This document shows, piece by piece, positions 1 through 6,469 of a stretch of 21,807 bases of DNA. Every line of letters begins with the position of its first letter. The first letter of the stretch is position 1. The notes beneath the pieces were generated by a model. It was not told where the DNA came from. It saw nothing but the letters and a program-made list of their open reading frames with translations, and searched no databases. The position numbers were made by a program, and so were the translations under genes. The stretch is from Caedibacter taeniospiralis (GTDB taxonomy: Bacteria > Pseudomonadota > Gammaproteobacteria > Francisellales > Francisellaceae): the NCBI RefSeq assembly GCF_002803295.2, contig NZ_PGGB02000006.1, positions 43,418 through 65,224 on the forward strand, in the 5' to 3' direction.

Positions 1-143
1 CCAAAGCGTCTGGGACGCGAGAGAAAATAATATCCCCCTCCGCCATGAACAAGCTCAGCAACATGTCTGGTTTTATCGACGTAAATATAGTCACCTGTGA
101 TGATTTTCTCTAAACCCGAAATACCAATCGGAAGTTTTTTCAT
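1..143 (-). CDS. N-terminal fragment (truncated by window edge) of an AAA-ATPase-like / PD-(D/E)XK nuclease superfamily protein (PF09820/DUF1703 type)
   Basis: Reverse-strand translation from CAT at 141-143 gives MKKLPIGISGLEKIITGDYIYVDKTRHVAELVHGGGGYYFLSRPRRF, open to the edge. The 'LPIGI..F/L..I....YYYVDKT....L......YFLSRPRRFGKS' N-terminus is characteristic of this family. Absent from the ORF track because it has no stop inside the window. Confidence 0.8.
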   Translation of the reverse strand, partial: MKKLPIGISGLEKIITGDYIYVDKTRHVAELVHGGGGYYFLSRPRRF

Positions 144-448
144 GGGATTCAATCAAGCCATTTAAGATGCTCGGAGTATAACAGTTTGAGAGACTTAAAA
201 CCACCCTATCCCTCTTCTGTGTTGAAGCTGGTTATCTGCTGGCTTAAGATCGCCAAGCTGGGATTTTTCAGCGCGGCGGTATTGGTAGAACAAGTATTGA
301 AGCCACTTCTTCACATGTTCTTTTGAAGCACCCAACTCGACCTGATCCAGTAAATGGTAGATGCACTCACGCCAATTGGGTAGGGATAGTGTCTTGCTCA
401 AAAATAGCAAATTCAAAAATGCAAACAGTATTTTTAATTTACAACAGA

Positions 449-471
449 AATTGCAAACTTAGTTTGCAATT
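449..471. repeat. Perfect 10-bp-arm inverted repeat AATTGCAAAC-TTA-GTTTGCAATT; possible operator
   Basis: Read directly from sequence; lies 53 bp upstream of the ATG at 524. Confidence 0.75.
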
Positions 472-523
472 CTAAGATGTCCAGTCATAATACCGACTGG
501 TATGGATTATCTGGAAAACATCA

Positions 524-1678
524 ATGTACAAGCGATTACTGGCAATAGATACTAAGATGACAAGCAGTGTGTTTTTATTTGGACCGCGTGGCACAGGGAA
601 AACACATTGGCTTAAAAACACTTTCCCATCCGCGCTCTATTTTGACCTTTTGGACGACGCCATCTACACGGAATTTCTGGGGGACGCCAAGGCATTATCG
701 CGGAAAATACCTAAGACCTATGAAGATTGGATTATTATCGATGAAGTCCAAAAGATTCCAAGCCTCTTAAACGAAGTGCATCGACTGATTGAGCATCAAA
801 AATGTCGCTTTGTTCTCACGGGCTCAAGTGCGCGGGCATTACGAAAAAAAGGCGTAAATCTCTTGGCAGGTCGCGCTTTGACTTATCATATGCACCCATT
901 AACGGCAAGCGAACTTCAGGATGATTTTGACTTAGCCTTTTCTCTTAAGTATGGAAACTTGCCTATGGTCTATTCGGCGGACAATCCAGAGCATTTCCTT
1001 AAAAGCTATATCCAAACTTATTTGAAGGAAGAAGTTCAGCAAGAGGCACTCACAAGGAACTTAGCGGTATTCACCAAGTTTCTACAAACAGCAAGCTTTT
1101 CCCAGGGTGAGACCATTAATTACAGTAATATTGCCAGGGAGATTGGCAGTAATCACCAAAGTGTGCGCAATTTTTTTGACATCCTGGAAGATTTGTTAAT
1201 TGCCTATCGCTTGCCTGTATTTACGCGTCGAGCAAAACGCGAAGTCGTTACCCAAACCAAGTTTTACTACTTTGATGCTGGCGTATATCGCGCGATTCGT
1301 CCCAAAGGTCCTCTGGACTCGGAAGAAGAGCTTTCAGGAGCAGCATTGGAAAGTTTGTTTTTTCAGCAGGCTAAAGCACTCAATGATTATTATTTTTTGG
1401 GGTATGAATTCTATTACTGGCGAACACAGGCAAAGCACGAGGTCGATTTTATTTTGTACGGTGAACGGGGTTTATATGCAATTGAGATAAAGCGTAAATC
1501 TAAGCTCATTCCACACGACTTTAAAGGCTTACGCCTTTTTCAAGAGGACTATCCTATGGCAAAATGTATCATGCTCTACGGCGGGGATCAAAGCTATTGG
1601 GAGAACGAGATAAACGTTATGCCCTTTGAAAACGCCATTCGAACATTAGATAAAATTCTGACAGGAACGCTTATATGA
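524..1678 (+). CDS. AAA+ ATP-binding protein with C-terminal DUF4143-like domain
   Basis: Walker A GPRGTGKT, Walker B-like WIIIDEVQK, 'FVLTGSSARALR' sensor-type motif, HTH-like 'NYSNIAREIGSNHQSVRNFFDILEDLLIAYRL', and C-terminal 'HEVDFILYGERGLYAIEIKRK' resembling a PD-(D/E)XK-like core. Confidence 0.88.
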   Translation: MYKRLLAIDTKMTSSVFLFGPRGTGKTHWLKNTFPSALYFDLLDDAIYTEFLGDAKALSRKIPKTYEDWIIIDEVQKIPSLLNEVHRLIEHQKCRFVLTGSSARALRKKGVNLLAGRALTYHMHPLTASELQDDFDLAFSLKYGNLPMVYSADNPEHFLKSYIQTYLKEEVQQEALTRNLAVFTKFLQTASFSQGETINYSNIAREIGSNHQSVRNFFDILEDLLIAYRLPVFTRRAKREVVTQTKFYYFDAGVYRAIRPKGPLDSEEELSGAALESLFFQQAKALNDYYFLGYEFYYWRTQAKHEVDFILYGERGLYAIEIKRKSKLIPHDFKGLRLFQEDYPMAKCIMLYGGDQSYWENEINVMPFENAIRTLDKILTGTLI

Positions 1679-2205
1679 CACAATCCCTCACACAAAGCAT
1701 TCGAAAGTTAATGAGAAACATCCTTAAACCTTGCACAAATCGCAATGGCTGTAACTCCGAAGTGAAAAAGTCCAGCCAAAGCGAGGAAAAGCGCGCGGTT
1801 GTGCACGTGTCGCTTGTCGTTAGAGACTACGATGAGGCTATAGCGTTTTATACCAAGAAGCTTCATTTTGATTTACTCGATGACATTTATCAGCCCGAAC
1901 AAAATAAACGATGGGTTTTAGTGGCACCAAGGGGAGCAAATGGCTGTGCACTGGTTTTAGCAAGAGCCTCAAAACCAGAGCAATTGAGCTTTATTGGTAA
2001 TCAAACGGGTGGGCGAGTTTTTCTGTTTTTGCACACCAATCGGTTTTGGGATGACTATCAAAAAATGAAGTCTGGTGGCATTGAGTTTGTTAGAGAACCT
2101 TCGATTGAAACTTATGGCACTGTCGCAGTTTTTAAGGACTTATACGGTAACTTATGGGATCTTTTGGAGCTTAATAAAACTTCAGTTGAACTGAATAATG
2201 TTTAA
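1675..2205 (+). CDS. VOC (glyoxalase/bleomycin resistance/dioxygenase) superfamily protein
   Basis: VHVSLVVRDYDEAIAFYTKKLHFDLLDD ... VFKDLYGNLWDLLEL is a typical VOC fold signature. The first ATG at 1675 overlaps the upstream stop by 4 bp; a GTG at 1801 (GTGCACGTG) is an alternative start that removes an unusual 42-aa leader. Confidence 0.85.
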   Translation: MTQSLTQSIRKLMRNILKPCTNRNGCNSEVKKSSQSEEKRAVVHVSLVVRDYDEAIAFYTKKLHFDLLDDIYQPEQNKRWVLVAPRGANGCALVLARASKPEQLSFIGNQTGGRVFLFLHTNRFWDDYQKMKSGGIEFVREPSIETYGTVAVFKDLYGNLWDLLELNKTSVELNNV

Positions 2206-3166
2206 AATCTATTGGGGAAAAACAAGCGCCACATACCAGCTGCCAAAAGGGATGGTAGAGAAAATGGCACATCTTGCTTATCCCAATACAAAACTTATTT
2301 CGCATGAATTGATTGCTGGTGGGTGTGCTAATCTCAACATTAAAATTCAGCTAGAAGATGAAAAGTACCCACTCATTTTGCGTGTTTATTTGCGCGACAA
2401 AAATGCTGCTTACCGCGAACAAAAACTGGCGGCATTAATAAGAGAAACCGTGCCTGTACCGCTAACGCATTACATCGGCGAGCTTGAGGAGCATCATTTT
2501 GCCATTACAGAATTTATGCCTGGCATACCACTTCGAGACCTTCTACTGAGCGATGTGTCGCATGATCTTAATGCAATCATGCACGAAGTAGGCACGATTC
2601 TTGCAAAAATCACAGCGCATGAGTTTCCAAAAGCAGGCTTTTTTGATTCAAAACTGAACATTATTCCTGGCTCACCATCTGATGATTTCATGATTTTTGC
2701 TAAAGACTGTTTGAAACACGAGACTGTATTGTCTGTGCTTGCATCAGATACAATTGCCAAAATCAGTCAGGTTCTTGATCACTATGGTCACTTATTTCCC
2801 GATGAAAACGAAAAGCATCTTGTTCATGGCGATTTCGATCCAGCTAATATCCTTGTGCATAAAGTTGATGGGAGGTGGAAAATCAGTGCCGTTTTGGATT
2901 GGGAATTCTCTTTTGCTGGCTCTGTTTTGTGGGATGTGGCGACTTTGCTAAGATACGCCCACAAGTTACCTTTTGAGTTCCACTTAGCCTTCTTGGATGG
3001 TCTGAGATCTTGTGGTGTAAGGTTGCCTTCAAATTGGCAGGCTACAGTAAAGCTATTGAACTTGTTATCACTATTAGACTGTCTCAAAAGATCAGACTTC
3101 AAAACTCAGCTAAATCGATGCAAAGATATTTGCCAATTGATAGAACATATAATCTGCGGAAAATAA
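2198..3166 (+). CDS. Aminoglycoside phosphotransferase-like (APH/choline kinase fold) phosphotransferase
   Basis: LVHGDFDPANILV (catalytic HGDxxxxN motif), WKISAVLDWEFSFAGSVLWDVATLLRY (D-W-E metal-binding motif). The start overlaps the VOC gene stop by 8 bp. Confidence 0.88.
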   Translation: MFKIYWGKTSATYQLPKGMVEKMAHLAYPNTKLISHELIAGGCANLNIKIQLEDEKYPLILRVYLRDKNAAYREQKLAALIRETVPVPLTHYIGELEEHHFAITEFMPGIPLRDLLLSDVSHDLNAIMHEVGTILAKITAHEFPKAGFFDSKLNIIPGSPSDDFMIFAKDCLKHETVLSVLASDTIAKISQVLDHYGHLFPDENEKHLVHGDFDPANILVHKVDGRWKISAVLDWEFSFAGSVLWDVATLLRYAHKLPFEFHLAFLDGLRSCGVRLPSNWQATVKLLNLLSLLDCLKRSDFKTQLNRCKDICQLIEHIICGK

Positions 3167-3179
3167 TTTTTTAAACGCG

Positions 3180-3208
3180 TTGCTCATGCTTCTTTGCCAA
3201 GTTATACT
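3180..3208 (+). promoter_or_regulatory. Candidate sigma70-type promoter of mazEF: -35 TTGCTC (3180-3185), 17-bp spacer, -10 TATACT (3203-3208)
   Basis: Hexamers and spacing read from sequence; immediately upstream of mazE; -10 lies inside the inverted repeat. Confidence 0.55.
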
Positions 3209-3219
3209 ATGTATAACTT
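3199..3219. promoter_or_regulatory. Perfect 9-bp-arm inverted repeat AAGTTATAC-TAT-GTATAACTT, candidate MazE/MazEF autoregulatory operator
   Basis: Perfect dyad overlapping the probable -10 of the toxin-antitoxin operon; TA operons of this family are typically autoregulated. Confidence 0.65.
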
Positions 3220-3235
3220 AAAACACGGGAGAATT

Positions 3236-3493
3236 ATGGTGCACATCAACGCTAAAGTTTTAAAATGGGGCAATAGCCTGGGCATTCGTCTATCGGGGGT
3301 CTTGAAAGAGCTGACTGATTTCAAAGTAGGCACAGAGCTTGATGTGGAAATTAAAAAAGAGGGATTATTTATTCGAAAACTTGAGAAAAAAACGATTCTG
3401 CCATTCTCGGAAACTGCTTTAATAAGTGATTTAAATAAAAAGAGTCACATGCACTTGTTAGTAAAACCCCAAGGCAGTGAGTGGCATGACTAA
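3236..3493 (+). CDS. mazE: MazE-like (AbrB/SpoVT swapped-hairpin) antitoxin
   Basis: MVHINAKVLKWGNSLGIRLSGVLKEL...VGTELDVEIKKEGLFIRK is a MazE-type DNA-binding domain. The ATG at 3236 preceded by GGGAG is preferred over the track's TTG start at 3194, which lies in the promoter/operator region. Confidence 0.85.
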   Translation: MVHINAKVLKWGNSLGIRLSGVLKELTDFKVGTELDVEIKKEGLFIRKLEKKTILPFSETALISDLNKKSHMHLLVKPQGSEWHD

Positions 3494-3860
3494 ATTATAC
3501 ATCCCTGAACGTAATGATCTCATCTGGCTTGACTTTGAGCCTACTAAAGGCAAAGAAATTGGTAAATATCGCCCTGCATTTGTGTTATCGTCCAAAGCAT
3601 ACAATCAAAAGACGAATACGCTAATTTGTTGCCCTGTGAGCACTTCTATAAGAGGGGGAGCAACAGAAGTTTCAATTAACAGCCTTGAATCTCCATCCGT
3701 TATTGCTGCATCTATTGTGCAAACGCTGTCTTGGAAAGAGCGAAAATGCAAATTTATTGCTAAAGCAGAGGAAGAAGTTTTTAAAGCGGTTCTTTTGCGA
3801 TTATTGCCTTTGTTGGGCGCTGAGGAAGTAATACAGGAAATATTGAATAACACGCTTTGA
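3486..3860 (+). CDS. mazF: MazF/PemK-family endoribonuclease toxin
   Basis: YIPERNDLIWLDFEPTKGKEIGKYRPAFVLSSKAYNQKTNTLICCPVSTSIRG matches the MazF N-terminal pattern. The ATG at 3486 overlaps the mazE stop by 8 bp (track shows an upstream GTG at 3477). Confidence 0.88.
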   Translation: MTKLYIPERNDLIWLDFEPTKGKEIGKYRPAFVLSSKAYNQKTNTLICCPVSTSIRGGATEVSINSLESPSVIAASIVQTLSWKERKCKFIAKAEEEVFKAVLLRLLPLLGAEEVIQEILNNTL

Positions 3861-3998
3861 GAAAGTTTTGTATCCTAAAGGAAAAAATAGAATACTGAGT
3901 AGGAAATGTATGGCATAAGTGCAGACGGCTCTTGAGTTTAAGTGTCTTTAAGGGTATGATTTGTGCAACTTTAAAATTGTTCTAAATAAATACACAAA

Positions 3999-4778
3999 AT
4001 GAATAATCAACAGAACCTTGGATTGCCATTGGAATACCAGCAGATGCCTGAGTATTTCGATGCACAAAACGTCAATGTGGAAACGGAAGTCAACAATGCT
4101 CTGATAGAACGCTTGCTTAATGCACATAATGTTAAAAGCGTACTGGATATGACTTGCGGCACAGGGTCACAGGTGTTTTATCTTCATCAACGCGGTTATG
4201 AAATAATCGGTAGCGATTTTAGTTCACCTCTCATAAGGCAAGCTCGTGAAAAAGTGCGCTCCAGAGGAGTGGATATTAGGTTTCTTGAGGGGGATATGCG
4301 GGAACTGGAAGTTGGGAAATTTGATGCAGTCATTTCGATATTTAACGCCATTGGACATTTGAGCAAATGGGATTTTGCAAAAGCCTTACAAAATATTCGC
4401 TCGAACTTAAAGGATGGAGGCATTTATATATTTGATATTTTTAACCTGGAGGCAGTCAGCGATAAGGTCATCCAGGATTTTGATATGGAGATTGAGAGTA
4501 CTGTGAATGGCGTAAAAATGAAGCATACTCAACACTCCGAGGTTGACAGAGAAAATAACCTGCTGACCTCACATGATCATTACACCATTTTTAAGGAAAG
4601 TGAGAAACCTGAAATACGCACAAATACCTTTCATCTTCAAATCTATACTGCCCAGGAATTAAAAGATTTGCTGATGCAAAATGGTTTTGAAACCGTCTAT
4701 CAATGCGATATGAACGGCAAGGATTTTGTTGCGGATAAGAGTCTTAGTGTTCTGACGGTTGCAAGGAAACGAGGATGA
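3999..4778 (+). CDS. Class I SAM-dependent methyltransferase
   Basis: VLDMTCGTGSQVFYLHQRGYEIIGSDFSSPLIRQAREK (motif I/II), FDAVISIFNAIGHL, LKDGGIYIFDIF. No target-recognition domain, so probably small-molecule or unspecified substrate. Confidence 0.87.
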   Translation: MNNQQNLGLPLEYQQMPEYFDAQNVNVETEVNNALIERLLNAHNVKSVLDMTCGTGSQVFYLHQRGYEIIGSDFSSPLIRQAREKVRSRGVDIRFLEGDMRELEVGKFDAVISIFNAIGHLSKWDFAKALQNIRSNLKDGGIYIFDIFNLEAVSDKVIQDFDMEIESTVNGVKMKHTQHSEVDRENNLLTSHDHYTIFKESEKPEIRTNTFHLQIYTAQELKDLLMQNGFETVYQCDMNGKDFVADKSLSVLTVARKRG

Positions 4779-4881
4779 GTATAGCCGCAGCTGGGTGCCT
4801 TTGTTATGGTGCCGTTAAAATAAAGGATGGCACAGAGGTGTCGGTAAGGTTAGTTGGTTTGATAATAAAATCAGGTAAATC

Positions 4882-5673
4882 ATGAAAAAATTTCTTTTAT
4901 TTTTGTGCATGTTGATTGCCTCTTGCACTCACGCACAGCAATGTTTTATGGTGAAAGAAGAAGGTAATCTGATCTATCAGAAAGGGGATTGTAATCAGCG
5001 CTATTCGCCTTGCAGCACGTTTAAAATTGCCTTGAGTTTAATCGGTTACGATTCGAATATTCTTGTCGATGAAACGCATCCTCGGTGGTCATTTGAAAAA
5101 GGATATTCAGATTTCTTACCACAGTGGAGACAGGATCAAACGCCAGAAAGTTGGATGAAATATAGTTGTGTTTGGTACTCGCAGGTGTTGACCCAAAAAC
5201 TGGGTATGAAAAAGCTTCAATCCTATGTCACACAATTTAACTATGGGAATGAAGATCTCTCAGGGGATAAGGGAAAAAATAATGGACTTACTCGTGCGTG
5301 GCTATCCAGTTCTCTTGAAATCTCAAGCGTAGAGCAAATCGCATTTTTAGAAAAGCTCTCAAAGGGTAAGTTACCCACAAGCCAATATGCGCACGAAATG
5401 ACAAGAAGAATTTTGTTTGTAGAGAACTTGCCAAATGGCTGGAAGCTTTATGGCAAAACAGGAAATGGTGCTTTACTCAGCGCAGATAAAACCAAAAAGC
5501 TTGAAATCCAGCATGGCTGGTTCATAGGCTGGATTGAAAAGGCGGGTAGGGTTATTGTTTTTTCGGATCACATAAGTGATGACAAAAAGAAAAAGTGCTT
5601 TGCAAGTTTGCGTGCAAAGGAAGATGCGAAAAAAAGATTGCTCAGCATAATCAGTAGCATGGATGTAAAGTAA
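4882..5673 (+). CDS. Class D (OXA-type) beta-lactamase
   Basis: Catalytic STFK (CSTFKIALSLIG), S-X-V (SCVWYSQ), YGN (FNYGNEDLSG), WLSSSLEISSVEQ, and KTG (YGKTGNG) motifs in the correct order and spacing; N-terminal signal sequence. Confidence 0.93.
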   Translation: MKKFLLFLCMLIASCTHAQQCFMVKEEGNLIYQKGDCNQRYSPCSTFKIALSLIGYDSNILVDETHPRWSFEKGYSDFLPQWRQDQTPESWMKYSCVWYSQVLTQKLGMKKLQSYVTQFNYGNEDLSGDKGKNNGLTRAWLSSSLEISSVEQIAFLEKLSKGKLPTSQYAHEMTRRILFVENLPNGWKLYGKTGNGALLSADKTKKLEIQHGWFIGWIEKAGRVIVFSDHISDDKKKKCFASLRAKEDAKKRLLSIISSMDVK

Positions 5674-5738
5674 CAGTAATAGCCTTACCATATCGATGAA
5701 AGGTAGCTGTTTACTCACCTTTATTTATGAAAGGGTGT

Positions 5739-5993
5739 TCAATCCGTAAGGTTGGGAGCAGAACCTTCACCAAATAGAAAATTTTCCATCTCTTTGAGTA
5801 GAAATTTTTTTGCTTCTGCTTCAAGCAAGTTCAAACGATATTCATTGATTAATATTGTTTGATGATCAAGCCACTTCGACCATGCTTCTTGTGAAATACT
5901 GCGTAAAATTCGCTGCCCAAGCTCTCCTGGAATTGGAGCGTATTGCATGGCGACGCCCTGCTTTTGTAGTTTTGTGCAAAATATGGTTGTCAT
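5739..5993 (-). CDS. yggX: YggX family probable Fe(2+)-trafficking / oxidative damage protection protein
   Basis: TIFCTKLQKQ...PGELGQRILRSISQEAWSKWLDHQTILINEYRLNLLEAEAKKFLLKEMENFLFG closely follows the E. coli YggX pattern (TIFCTFLQ...YPGELGKRI...ISKEAW..W..KQTMLINE..LN......L..EM..FLF). Confidence 0.95.
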   Translation of the reverse strand: MTTIFCTKLQKQGVAMQYAPIPGELGQRILRSISQEAWSKWLDHQTILINEYRLNLLEAEAKKFLLKEMENFLFGEGSAPNLTD

Positions 5994-6037
5994 AGGCGAG
6001 TCTCCTGAATTTGGTTTTTTCTCAATATTTACCTGGG

Positions 6038-6457
6038 TTAATAAGAAACGCAGTTATTCCCACGGAACGTTGTATCAACGATTTTCTTGGTTTTATTGTC
6101 AAAAACAATCCAGGTGGTGCACGATAGGGAATAGGTCTGTCCACCCACAATGGCTCCTGGGGTTGACACAATGGTGGTGTTGTTACCACTTTGTACGGTG
6201 GTAATATTCGTCGGCATTTGCGTGATTGGGGTGCTGATGATTTGCCGATCGCTATATACATAAGCAGTCTGATCATCGTCTAATTTCAAGGTGCTATTGG
6301 GGTAGCCCCACATCTTGATGAAGGTATCGATCGATTGTCCTTGCCACTGATCCAGGATGGCGCGATATTTTGCTGTTGTTGCGCAGCCCATAAGAAAAGC
6401 GCTTAGGCAAGCAAATACCATGATGTTAGCTAAATATTTGGCAAATTTTTTGCTCAT
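6038..6457 (-). CDS. Small putative outer-membrane lipoprotein of unknown function
   Basis: N-terminus MSKKFAKYLANIMVFACLSAFLMGC with lipobox LMGC, followed by 'KYRAILDQWQGQSIDTFIKMWGYPN'; in-line and close to mnmG. Confidence 0.75.
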   Translation of the reverse strand: MSKKFAKYLANIMVFACLSAFLMGCATTAKYRAILDQWQGQSIDTFIKMWGYPNSTLKLDDDQTAYVYSDRQIISTPITQMPTNITTVQSGNNTTIVSTPGAIVGGQTYSLSCTTWIVFDNKTKKIVDTTFRGNNCVSY

Positions 6458-6469
6458 GGCTTACTTTCC

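Noticed and set aside
195-416. 73-aa minus-strand ORF (MNLLFLSKTLSLPNWRECIYHLLDQ...RRGIGWF) between the two divergent accessory genes
   Set aside because: Could be a real small gene or a degraded fragment, but I recognise no family and see no convincing RBS, so I do not call it.
3194-3235. TTG-initiated N-terminal extension of MazE in the ORF track
   Set aside because: It lies in the likely promoter/operator; the ATG at 3236 has a good GGGAG SD and the conserved domain begins there.
3999-4778. Methyltransferase as part of a restriction-modification or phage-defence system
   Set aside because: No DPPY/NPPY motif, no target-recognition domain, and no adjacent restriction enzyme; it looks like a generic small-molecule SAM methyltransferase.
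5947-6204. 85-aa plus-strand ORF overlapping yggX and the lipoprotein gene
   Set aside because: Antisense to two supported genes; low-complexity aromatic/basic composition typical of antisense translation.
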